A stretch of DNA of 64,000 bases from a virus (Duplodnaviria > Heunggongvirae > Uroviricota > Caudoviricetes), in IMG/VR virus record IMGVR_UViG_3300037419_003079; one strand, given 5' to 3'. The translations under genes and the position numbers were made by a program. Below, piece by piece: positions 33,507 to 44,700 of this stretch. The notes beneath the pieces were generated by a model. The model was given only the letters and a program-made list of their open reading frames with translations, ran no database searches and was not told the origin of the DNA. Position 1 is the first letter of the stretch. Each line of letters begins with the position of its first letter.

Positions 33507-35030
33507 ATGGCAAAATCTAGTCGTGTAAGATATAACGGTACTGCACCTTTCATTGATGACGCTCAAGTAAACCGTGTTCAAGCGTTAGGTTCATCTTCTC
33601 GTTTAACTACAGAAGACATGAAAGAATTAGGTACACTTAATATCGTAGAAATCGTGGACGATGTACCACAAGTTGATGTTTCTATTGACGCAAATGAAAA
33701 TGGAACAAATGAAATCTTAGGCTTATTAACTAACAAAGGATATGGCTGTCAAGTTGTAGCAGTGCCAAGTGCGTCAGCTATCGGTACTACTAGCGTTCGA
33801 GTTAGACCGGGTTCTTATATGTATCAAGGAAATCGTATTTTATTTCCGGGTGCTACTTTAACTGTAACAGGCTCAACTGCTACTGCTGTATACTTATTAC
33901 CTGCTGTAACTGGTACTCAAGCACAAGTTAGTTCAACTGTACCGGCAGGTGGAGGAATTAAGATTGCTGACTTAGCACCAACAGCAGGTGTATGTACTCA
34001 AGCGAATATCACTGATACTCGTACATTCGCTCAAGTTACTGAGTTAGACTTTGAATTATGTAAAGCTGACATCTTTGTTCCTGTTAAAGAATCAGGTCAA
34101 GGTAACAATGTTAAGCGTACAATGTATATGGAAAGAGTATATGTAAATAACTTAGACTTAGGTTTCCAAGTAAACGGTGTAGCGTCTGCTTCTTATCGTT
34201 TAGAGACTGACAACAAGCGTTGGTTCTTAAATGACTCAGCACAAATGATTGTTGACGAGTACAAGTTAACTGCAACTCCAACTGTAACATTATCTCAAAC
34301 TCCTTGGATTCTTGCTAATGGTAAGAAAATTCTTAAAGCAGTTAAGAACGGTGTTGAGTTAGTAGAGGGTACAGATTTCACTGTAACAGGTACTACTATG
34401 ACATTAACTCCAACTCCAACAGCAGGTGACTTACTAAAAGTTCGTTACACTTCTGCTACTGGTGGACGATTATTCTCTCCTGTTCCTGCTTTAGAAGACC
34501 CACACCCTGAATTAGCAGGTGGAGTAAAAGAAGGGCAAATCGAGTTATACTTAGTTGACAAAGCAGGTACTCCTGACGCAACTAGAACTGCTCGTGTTCA
34601 ATCTGCTCGTATCTCTGTACCTTTACAGCGTGACCAGTTAGACGAATTAGGTTCTTCGTTCCCTTATGAGCGTCCAATGCAGTTACCTGTAAATGTTTCT
34701 GTGTCTTTAGAGTTAAAAGATTCTGACTTAGAAATGATGGCTCGTTTTGCAGGATACTCAGACATCAACACAGTAGATGAAATCGCATTAAGTGACTTAG
34801 TTAAAGATAAAGGATTATTAATCAAAATCTTCCGTGAGACTGATGTTAAGCGTGCTAAGTTACCGGCAGGACACCCTGACAAATATGCAATCAAATCAGT
34901 ATATGTTAGAAACTTAATCCCACAATCAGAAAGTTGGGACGTTCGAGTTGATTCGGACGCTACTCAATCATTTGAGTTCCTAGCACACAATGTACTTATC
35001 TCTGACAAAGTGACTTTGGCTATGCCCTAA
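33507..35030 (+). CDS. major tail protein (putative, with C-terminal Ig-like extension)
   Basis: 507 aa. Strong RBS AAAGGAGAG. Ser/Thr/Val-rich beta protein placed before the chaperone/TMP block. Confidence 0.5.
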   Translation: MAKSSRVRYNGTAPFIDDAQVNRVQALGSSSRLTTEDMKELGTLNIVEIVDDVPQVDVSIDANENGTNEILGLLTNKGYGCQVVAVPSASAIGTTSVRVRPGSYMYQGNRILFPGATLTVTGSTATAVYLLPAVTGTQAQVSSTVPAGGGIKIADLAPTAGVCTQANITDTRTFAQVTELDFELCKADIFVPVKESGQGNNVKRTMYMERVYVNNLDLGFQVNGVASASYRLETDNKRWFLNDSAQMIVDEYKLTATPTVTLSQTPWILANGKKILKAVKNGVELVEGTDFTVTGTTMTLTPTPTAGDLLKVRYTSATGGRLFSPVPALEDPHPELAGGVKEGQIELYLVDKAGTPDATRTARVQSARISVPLQRDQLDELGSSFPYERPMQLPVNVSVSLELKDSDLEMMARFAGYSDINTVDEIALSDLVKDKGLLIKIFRETDVKRAKLPAGHPDKYAIKSVYVRNLIPQSESWDVRVDSDATQSFEFLAHNVLISDKVTLAMP

Positions 35031-35142
35031 TTCAGCCGACCTAGGAACAGGTTGGTCTGTATATAGTCTAAATGACATACTATAGCCTTTAGCCCTCAAT
35101 TTTTTGGGGGCTAGAACGTTAAATAAACAAGGAGGTAATAAA

Positions 35143-36678
35143 ATGCCGGATTTTTTAAATCAACAAGGTACGATATACACATCGGCAAGAAACAATGGAC
35201 AAAATCAACCTATCACTGATACTTCTGTAAAAGAAAGCATAGCATACGATAAAGCAGATGATATGTTTAAAATAAAATCATTGCAAAAAAAATGGAGAGC
35301 AGACTTTAATGGCTCAGTATTAAATGCAGGTAAATGGGAAGTTCTTCAAACAGGCTCAGGTCATACTATAACAGTTGCCAATAGTGAATTAAAAATTAAT
35401 ACAGGCACTACAATCAACTCGGAGACTATTATTCAATCTACGGAGGCTTTTACAGACCCATTTCGTGCTATGATTGGATTAATGATTTCTCAGAAAATAG
35501 TAAATCAACAATTCTATGTTGAGGCTGTATCTGTTGACCCTGTTACTCTAGTAGCAGATGGTTTAAATAAAGCGTCTTGGAGAATTGACTACGCTGATAA
35601 CTCAAGTGCACAGTATGGAGTGTATGAGGTTCAAAATGGCGGAGGTACAATGTTGGCTTCATCTGCTCAGTATATTGCTAATGCTGTAACTTCATATCAA
35701 AATTTCGAGATTGAATTGTTTTCAGATGAAGTGTGGTTTCACACTAGAGCACAAGATAGTGCTAATGGTAGAAGTGCTTCGTTTGTTCGTCAGAACTCTG
35801 CTCCTGACCCAACTGCTTTATATAAGATTCGTATTAGAGCAAAGAACTTAGGTACTGCTCCTGCGTCAGCAACAGACTTAAAGGTTAATTTTGTTACTGT
35901 TATGGATTCATCTGAGTTAACTGCTGAAATTACAGCAGGTAGAGGTGTTTCATCTCCGGGTCAAGCAATCGGAGTCCAAGTATTAAACACACCTACTCAA
36001 TATGTTGTAGCAGGTGTTCTAGGCTCAAGCTCAACAACAAACTTAGGTGCGAGTGCTACATACACTGCTAGTTCCATTGACAATGGTTCTAGTACACAAT
36101 TATATAATCGTTTTAGGGTTTCTGTTCAACATACAGCAGGTTTAGTACCCGGTCATCTAACATTTGAAATTTCCACTGACAACACTAACTTTAGGGAGAC
36201 ACATCGTATTCCAATTCCTTCTGATGGAAATTATCGTACTTTCGACTTGCCTATAACAGCTAGGTATTTCCGTTGGAAATTTATCAATGGTTCTACTGCA
36301 CAAACATCATTCTTTATTCAGGGAATGTATGTTCGTCAAGACGGAGCAATCGACTTTGATAAATCAATGACATTTGTTCACTCAACTACAGCATTAGGAA
36401 TATCGGCTACATTTACAGGTACTACGCTAGACTTAGGTTCTAATCATTCAATTAATAGACATAGAGCACTGGTTTTTGCAGACCAAACAGGAACAGTATA
36501 TCTAGAGCAATCAAGAGATGGCTCAACATGGAGAACAACAGCAACAGCAAATGTTACTGCTAATACTCCTACCACACTAGAAGATATGGTTATATCTCGA
36601 TATGTAAGAGTTAGATATGCAAATGGTGGAACTGCAAACACTGTATTTGAACTACAAAGTGCTTTAATTAGACAATAG
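35143..36678 (+). CDS. tail-associated ConA-like/lectin-fold protein
   Basis: Start refined to the ATG at 35143 (AAGGAGG RBS). Laminin-G/glucanase-like N-terminal half (WRADFNGSVLNAGKWEVLQ) and a beta-sandwich C-terminal half. Confidence 0.5.
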   Translation: MPDFLNQQGTIYTSARNNGQNQPITDTSVKESIAYDKADDMFKIKSLQKKWRADFNGSVLNAGKWEVLQTGSGHTITVANSELKINTGTTINSETIIQSTEAFTDPFRAMIGLMISQKIVNQQFYVEAVSVDPVTLVADGLNKASWRIDYADNSSAQYGVYEVQNGGGTMLASSAQYIANAVTSYQNFEIELFSDEVWFHTRAQDSANGRSASFVRQNSAPDPTALYKIRIRAKNLGTAPASATDLKVNFVTVMDSSELTAEITAGRGVSSPGQAIGVQVLNTPTQYVVAGVLGSSSTTNLGASATYTASSIDNGSSTQLYNRFRVSVQHTAGLVPGHLTFEISTDNTNFRETHRIPIPSDGNYRTFDLPITARYFRWKFINGSTAQTSFFIQGMYVRQDGAIDFDKSMTFVHSTTALGISATFTGTTLDLGSNHSINRHRALVFADQTGTVYLEQSRDGSTWRTTATANVTANTPTTLEDMVISRYVRVRYANGGTANTVFELQSALIRQ

Positions 36679-36690
36679 GAGGCAGTAAAA

Positions 36691-36840
36691 ATGGCAGTAA
36701 ATTTTTCATTCTCTTTTATCACATGTGGTTGTGGTAAAGAATTTCAAGTAATTAATGCAGACGAGACAGATTGGGACGAAATTGCAACTGCTCAAGAATA
36801 TTACGAGCACCTAGAGGTTTGCCCACTAAACAAAGAATAA
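36691..36840 (+). CDS. small zinc-ribbon protein (49 aa)
   Basis: Not in the ORF track. AGGAGG RBS. CGCG ... C ... VCP Cys cluster. Confidence 0.4.
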   Translation: MAVNFSFSFITCGCGKEFQVINADETDWDEIATAQEYYEHLEVCPLNKE

Positions 36841-36956
36841 AGACCATATAGGGTCAGCACTAGATTCCTTACGAGGACTAGTGCATACGTTCTATATAAA
36901 AATTGAATATAGAAGGAATTACTTAGGTATAAAGGAATAGCAAGGAAAGGGGGTTT

Positions 36957-37214
36957 GTGCAAGTGAGCATGAACGAGGACAAAGATAGGCTAAATCGTGC
37001 CATATCCAAGAGTATCAAGAAAGTCTTTAAGGACTCATTGAATCTTATGGAAATGTCAGGAGTTGACCCTAAACAGTTCGGAAGAATTAGAAAGATGATT
37101 CTTAGGTCAGGAAATGATGAAATTCGCAAAATTGCAGAGGAACTTGATAAATATGAAGTCAAGTATACACCTCAAATTAATGAACAGTTCGACTTCGATA
37201 AAGAAGAAGACTAA
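36957..37214 (+). CDS. hypothetical protein (about 81-85 aa; likely start GTG 36963 or ATG 36969)
   Basis: ORF followed by a strong terminator. Possible tail-assembly-chaperone-region gene. Confidence 0.45.
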   Translation: MQVSMNEDKDRLNRAISKSIKKVFKDSLNLMEMSGVDPKQFGRIRKMILRSGNDEIRKIAEELDKYEVKYTPQINEQFDFDKEED

Positions 37215-37245
37215 TTTTGCGTAAGGACTAACTACTGAAACCGTA

Positions 37246-37280
37246 AGAGACATTTTCTAATAATGTCTCTTTTTTATTTT
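37246..37280 (+). terminator. rho-independent terminator inside late operon
   Basis: AGAGACAT-TTTCTAATA-ATGTCTCT stem followed by TTTTTTATTTT. Confidence 0.8.
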
Positions 37281-37306
37281 ATTAAAACAAAGGAAGGTGC
37301 TAAGGA

Positions 37307-37978
37307 ATGGCAGAGGCTAAAAAGAAAGAAAGTCAGGAAATGAGCAATAAGGATAAGCGTGAAAAAATGACAGAGGTTCAAACTGGAAGACGAGTTTTTG
37401 ACAGTGAGAAATACGGTTTACTACAAATTCGCTATCCAAAGGTAGAGGAGAACCGATTAGCAGATTGGGAGTATTCTAAAGTATTCCAACAAGCTATTAT
37501 GGACGACATTCCAACTAATCGTGAAATGGAAGAATTAATTAAAAAGAAAAAACTATGGACTAAGAAAGATGACGAGCGTATTGAGCAGATTCGTGAAGAA
37601 ATCAATAAGCAATTAACATTGCTATCTAAGATGGAAACAGAGAAAAACATGTTGCCTATCGAGATGAAGATTGAAGAACTTCGTGATGAAATGTTTGCTT
37701 TACAACAAGAAAAGCAAAAATATTTCAATAATACTGCTGAGGCAAAAGCTGACGAGGCTAAGATGTCATTCTTAATTCATAAGTGTACAGAATATGCAGA
37801 GAATGGTAAACCTGTATGGAATAAATATGCTGAATTTAAGGAAGAAGAAGACCAACAAACTGTTAATATGATTGTATACCAATTTTTAACATTTATTAAT
37901 GGCTTACCTGCCGACTTCCTTGCAAGCCCTTCTGAGGACGAAGGAGAAACAGACGAAGTAGAAACTACTGAGGAGTAA
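37307..37978 (+). CDS. putative tail assembly chaperone (acidic C-terminus)
   Basis: 223 aa with coiled coils. Ends ...EDEGETDEVETTEE. Sits before the TMP. Confidence 0.45.
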   Translation: MAEAKKKESQEMSNKDKREKMTEVQTGRRVFDSEKYGLLQIRYPKVEENRLADWEYSKVFQQAIMDDIPTNREMEELIKKKKLWTKKDDERIEQIREEINKQLTLLSKMETEKNMLPIEMKIEELRDEMFALQQEKQKYFNNTAEAKADEAKMSFLIHKCTEYAENGKPVWNKYAEFKEEEDQQTVNMIVYQFLTFINGLPADFLASPSEDEGETDEVETTEE

Positions 37979-38197
37979 TAAGTAAATAACTACTATCGTA
38001 CTGTGATACATAGAGATATGATAATAAGTAGCATAGCGAACCAAGCAAAGGTATCCTAATGTGTTAGGCAACACTTTAACAAATAAGCCTGACCTTGTAG
38101 TAGCTATACTAACCTTGCCCCCAAGACAAGGTGCTTTAGTTCACAAATAACGGTAGGTAGAAATATTGCTTATGAAAGACAATAGATTTCTCCTCGT

Positions 38198-38638
38198 TTG
38201 CCTTCCATTCGGAATAGGGTTCTGAGAGAAGTAGCTAGGGGGCAGGGAGAAGTTGGAGCAGAATGGAGAGCAAGATGGAAAGCTAGTAAAGATACTGGTT
38301 CACCTCTATTTGGTGGTATAGTAGCCGACTGGAATCCATCACAAGTTGCTCTTGCATACTGGTTCTCATTTTATGATAATATTTACGAACACCCTGAGAG
38401 ACCACCTATGAAAGTCATAAACAACGATGACCTACTAGATAAGTGGGTAGAAGATAAGACTAGAGAGATGGAGAAAAGGGCTAAGAAAGGAGATACCTCT
38501 AATACAGTATCAAGAGGTGCTCTAGAATACGATGAAGTAATCATATTCGATAACGCAGACGAAGAATACTACGAAGACCTTGTTGCAAGTGATGGAGACG
38601 GTGATTCGTATGAGTTTAATGGTGTGGATTACGATTAA
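38198..38638 (+). CDS. acidic ORF upstream of TMP without canonical start/RBS
   Basis: 146 aa. Only TTG/ATT starts after an in-frame TAG. Acidic C-terminus resembles chaperone 'T' segments. Confidence 0.3.
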   Translation: MPSIRNRVLREVARGQGEVGAEWRARWKASKDTGSPLFGGIVADWNPSQVALAYWFSFYDNIYEHPERPPMKVINNDDLLDKWVEDKTREMEKRAKKGDTSNTVSRGALEYDEVIIFDNADEEYYEDLVASDGDGDSYEFNGVDYD

Positions 38639-38730
38639 GAAGGTAAAGGGTAGGGTTAGGTTTTCAGGTGAACTATACCCTTCCCTATTTTTTATATAAA
38701 CGTACAAATTTTAAGAAGGAGGTTAAAGAG

Positions 38731-41700
38731 ATGGCAGGAAAAGACTTTAAGTATATTATTAATACCGAGTTAAAGTTAAATACAGGCTCTCTAAAAAAAT
38801 TATTAGAAGATGTAAAAGATGTAGATACTTCCATACGCAACCATTTCAATAAAACTGGTAAAGGTGGTATCAAACTACCTATCAGTATTGATAAAGGTGC
38901 TAGTTTAAATAACTTACAATCAGAAGTAAAGGCAGTAATTACCAACTTCAACAGAAGTCAAGCACCTAAGATTAAAATCAAAATGGAACTTGATAATAAA
39001 AGTGCTGAGGCTTTAAAGCAACAAGTAGACAATGTTAAGCACCATCTTAACAATATTAATAATAGCAAAGAAAATGTAAATATTAAGACCTCTCTTAAAG
39101 TTGACAAGGGCGAAAAAGAAAAAGTACAGAAACAAGTTGGCGACATCAAAGCAACTATGACTGTGGGATTAAAAATAGACCAAAACGATTTAAGAGTTGT
39201 TAAAGGTCAAATAGAATCTTTAAGACAAGAAGTTGTAAACACTAGTAGAACTAGAACAACTAGAAACGGTGAGGTAGTAGGCAGTTTCCGTGACCATGTT
39301 AACGATAGAACTGCGTCAGTTGGCTCTAGAAGTACAGCAGACAAAGACTTACTTAATGCTAAGGCTCAGGCTCAGGCAGAGAAGGATATGGCAAGTGCTA
39401 GAAGGCAAAATGCTCAAGCACAAAAAACTGAATTACAAGTTGAACAGGCTATCACAAAAGAAAAGGAAAAGCAAGCTAAGTTAGACAGAGAAAATACAAA
39501 CCTTTTCAAAATGAGAGACCAATCAACTAGAAGATTGACTAAGGCACAAGATACTCTAACTCAACTAGAGTCAAAGGCTAACGGTTCTAATTGGAGAACA
39601 CTATCTACTAATGACCAAAAAGCATTATCAGGTCAACTAGACACATATAGAAAAAAGGTAGAAAAGTTCCAAAGAGAAAGAGATAAGATTGACAATGCAA
39701 TCTTAAACCAATTACCTAACAACTATTACAATCGTAAGCCATTAGTTGACCCTATGAACGCAACTAGAGGCAGAGTTGTAATGAATACCAACTCTAATGT
39801 TCAAGCACAGATTCAATCACAAATAAAGGCTCAGAGACTAGCTGAACAACAAGCACAAAAGGAAATAGAAAGAGCACATAAGCAAGCTGACGCTCTAAAT
39901 AGAAAGTATGACCAAGACCGTGCTAGACAACAACAACAAGCTAGGAGAGACGCTGAGTGGAATGGTGCTGTACATAGATACGGTGGCAACAGACAAAAAA
40001 CCATTCTTGATGATGAAATGGTTTTAAGAAATCCTGACGCTAGTAAGAATGACAAGTTAGAGGCTCTTGAAAGATTAAAGCAAAATGCAGGTGGATTAGC
40101 TAGGGAAATGAATCAAAACCTAACTCGTTCATTTGAAGTATTTAATCGTAATGCTGATGGAACCATCTCTAGAACTAGAACCGCACAGTATGAGTTCACT
40201 AGATTCGGAGACGCTGTTGACCGTTCTAACAAGTTTATGAGTACTCTTAGAAACACTATGCAATATGCAGGTATTACGACTGCTTTCATGGCTATGGGTC
40301 AAGGTATTCAAATAGCTGTTCAAAGTATGATTGATTTTGAGGCTCAAATGTCTCGTATTCAATTGCTAACTACAGACCTAAGAGATGGTGGTCTAAACCA
40401 AGCATACTCAGGTTTCGGATATAGTAAAAATAACATAAAGCATAATACTCGCAGAGATGTATCAAATCTTTCTCAAAAATACGGAATGTCTGCTACTGAC
40501 ACTGTAATGCCAGTTTATCAACAAGTTATGGCTAGAAGTGAGCTGATTAAAGGTAATGGAGATAAGCCTAGCCCTGTGTTGGCAAATAAGATTACAGACC
40601 AAATCTTAAAATATAGTGCAATTACATTAGGACCTAATGCAGGTGCAGATGATGTTAATCGTATATCTCAAGATATGTTATCTCTATATCAAGGGCTATA
40701 CAAAGGAAAAGGTCAACAACATGTATACGACATGGATAGATTCGTAGACTTCATGACTCTAATGAATGGTAGTGGTGTCAACACTAACAACATTATGGAC
40801 GCTATGAGTGAAGTTGCTCCTGACGCTATTAAGAAAGGTATAGACCCTAGGAGAGTAGCAGGTATGCTAGGTGCTTACAATTTATCTGATAGTGATTCAA
40901 GTGGCTCTAATATGACAACAGTTGCTAAAACATTCTTCGGTGGATTAGCTAGATATAAAGATAGTGAGTCTATCCAATCAGGTCTGAAAACACTAGGCAT
41001 TGATACAACTCAAAACTATTCTCAAGAAGAATTATTAGACTTAGTTGTTAAGAATTACAAAGGTTTGAGTGATACACAAAAAGAATCTGTATCTAGAGAC
41101 TTGTCATCTGTTAATGGTAAAGGTATATCGCAAGCACCTAAGATTCAAAAGTTCTTAGACGCTAGTGGTTCTGAATATGCTGAAACATTCAAAAAGAATA
41201 TGACTAGCACTGGATTAGCTGACAATGCACTTGATACTTATCTAAAAACTGCTAAAGTTCAGTTCGGTCAATTAAAGCAAGAATTGACTGAGACGGTTGA
41301 ACTATTAGCTGAACTAGGTGCTTTAGATGGTCTTAAAGCATTGCTTGGTGGATTCAAAGTTGCTGTTCAAACAGTAAATGGTTTCCTAGATATAATTGTT
41401 AGACTAGGTGACGCTAGTGAGAAAATATTTGGATTCAATATTCCTAAATATGTGACACAAATTTTAGCATTAGCAGGTGCATTTAAATTAGTAACTGCTA
41501 CGATGAAAAAGTTTCAACTTGGAACTGGATTGCTTCAAGGTGGTAGTTCATTAATAGGTGCTCTTACTCAAGGAGAAATGATTACTCGTGCCTCTTTCAA
41601 CGGAAGAACTCAAAGGAAAGTTAATGTAGAAGTTCCTCATACTGGAAAAGGTTCAGGCGTAGGAAATGTTATCGGTCAGGCAGTAGGTTGGGTACTTATG

Positions 41701-44700
41701 GGAGGCAATCCTTTCAAAAGAGGTGCTAATGTTGCTAAAGCAGGTGAAGTTGGAGGCAATGTAGCAACAAACTTATTCTCTAAACTAGGAACTTCTTTAA
41801 AAGGATTACTTCCAATACTAGGTAGGTTTGCAGGAATCTTGCTTAGATTAAGTGCTATAGGTGCTGTCATAGGAACTGCTGTTTGGGTAGGTAAGAAACT
41901 ATGGGACATGAATCAAAAGCATGAGGCTAATGTAAGGAAAGGCGAGTTCAAAAACTTCAACAAGGTATATGGTGGTGGAGAAGAAGACAAAGAGAAATTA
42001 GCTAAGGACTTAAATACTTGGAAAGACTGGAATGACAAAAACAAAACTGTAATAGTTTCTAGAAATGGCTCATTCCACGGAAACCCAATGCCTTCGAGCG
42101 AACCACCTAAGAAAAATAAAATGCCCAAGGAGATTGAAAAACTTCAAAAACAATTCTCTGAAATGGGAATTACTTACTCAACTGTCGCAGGATTAAACGG
42201 TAACAACACTAGTACTATAGCGTACAATGCCGAAGGAAAAGATGGCAAGATATATAAACAACATTTTAATGCCGATGACAAAGGCGGTTGGAAGGATATG
42301 ATTGACACTTTAGGTGCTAAGGGCTTAGATAAAGACGCTCAAATAGCAGAGAAGTGGAAAATCGCTAACAACGAGGCAATTAAATATCAAACAGAATTAG
42401 GTATAATTAATGACTTAACTGAGAAGTTCAATAGAACTATGAACAGACTAGGTTACGATATGTCTAAAATTGACTTTAACTTTATGGGTGCTGAAAACTC
42501 GTCAAGTGCTAGCATTGCTAAGATTAACCTTATCAATGGTGCTATGTCTGATTTAAGTGGAACTATTACTGAGTTAACTGACAAAGGTAACCACTTTAAA
42601 GAGCAAGCAGGAATTTATGACACTAAAATTACTGGTCAAAGAAACAAGATTATAAAAGGAGGTTTAATGTCTAAGGCAGAAATGGACGACTTAGACCAAA
42701 CTTATAAACTTGCCTATGATTCAGGAAACGCAGACACTATCACTAACCAGTATGAAGTAACAGATAAAACTAGAGACAAACTTAAAAAAGCAGGTATGAG
42801 TAAGAAAGATATAGAAAAAGAACTTGCTAAGAGATATGCAGTTAGTGAATATCTGTCATACAAACAATCTAATGCAGGATTTGTAGACGCAGACAAAGAA
42901 ACAGAGGCTCAAATTCTACAAACTAATATGGCTATACTTGAGAGACAACAAGCATTGAAACAGTTAACTGCTCAATTACTAGTGTCTCAATCTCAGATTG
43001 ATGTATTCAATGCTAAGATTAGTGCTATACAGTTTGGTACTGGTAAAGCCAAAACTCTACTTGATTTATCGAATACAGACGAAGAAAAAATCAAGAGAAG
43101 TGGAGACCTACTAAAATCTCAATCTACTGAGTTATCTGCATACAGAGCACAATTAAATTCTGTCTACGCTCAAATGAGTAGAATTAAGGCTCAAAATGGA
43201 GGTCAAGATTTCTCAATCGACACACTATATAATCCGGGAGAGAACGGACTATCAGCAGAGCAAAATGCTTACAAGCAACTACTAGAACAACAATATAGTA
43301 TTCATGACAATATTAACTCTACAACAGTTGCTATGAAGGAACAAGCAGACCAAGTTAAAGAAATGGTGCTTAATTCTGATAAGTATGCTGATGTGTGGGA
43401 AAGAGTTCAAAACCGTATTCAACTAGTAAAAGACCTAAACAACGAGATTGCTAGCATTAAAACTGACCTATCATTAGTTAACAATTTCTCTAATATAAGA
43501 AGTGCTGTTACAGGAGGCTCTTATATTCAAGATAGAAATAGTAGATTAGAAGGTATCCGTGATAGAGGATTAGATGGATACGAGAAAATCATGACTTCTC
43601 TTAAAACTTATGCAGGAGACGAACAGAAACTTGTTGAGGCATATGATGAAATCAATAAGTCTATGGGTGGAGAATTTGACAATGCGTTCATTCAACCACT
43701 TAAAGACTTAATACAAAATGATTTCACTAAAGCAGGAAACCTTATTAGTGATGGTGCAGGTAAACTAGACCAAGTACTAACATATTGGGCAAACAATATA
43801 ACTAGTGGACTTCTAACTCAACAGTCTCAAAATTTCCAATCTGATTTAGCAGGAACAACTGGAACTGGTGGTTCAGTAATTCCGGGATTCACTGGTGGTA
43901 TCAATACTAAAAATGCTACTGACGCTGAAAAACTAGACGCTTATATTACTCAGCAATTCGGGTATAAAAAAGGAACTAGAGAGTTTAACTCTATGAAGAA
44001 ACAAATGCAAGCTAGTATGACTCCTGCTGAAATCAAAAAAGAAGTTAATAGAGGAACTATTTCGGTTGGTAATAATAAGGCAGTTGCAGATTACACTGAA
44101 AAAATAAATTCTTATTTTAGCAAAACTGGAAGAACTAAACTTCAAGGAACTGGAAATATGTTCGTTCAAGCAGGTGCTAAATATGGTATTGACCCAATGT
44201 TCTTAGCGTCTATCGCAGTTCAAGAAACTGGTGGTAAATCAGGAGTAATCAATGGTGCTTATAATGTTGGTAACATCAAAGGTACTGGTAAAGCTAATGC
44301 TGAGTGGAACGGTACTAAGTGGGTTAATCCGGGAGACGGACTAACATATAGAAAATACGGTTCTCTACAATTAGGTATTAATGACTTAGCTAGGTTACTA
44401 AAAGATGTATATATCAGCCAAGGATATGATACTATTCCTAAAATTAACAGCAAGTATGCAGAAGACCCTAACTGGAAATACGGTGTAGCTAGTATCTACT
44501 CTAGTATGTCAGGTACATCTAAAGAGTCATTGCTAGGTGGAACAACTATGTCTGCATTAGGTGGTGGTGGAGGTACATCAGTATCATCATCTTACGGAAC
44601 TATTAGAAAAGGTTCTAAAGGAGCGTCAGTTAAAGAACTTCAAAAAGCATTAGGGGTTAATGCTGACGGTATCTTCGGTTCTGCAACTGAAAAAGCTGTT

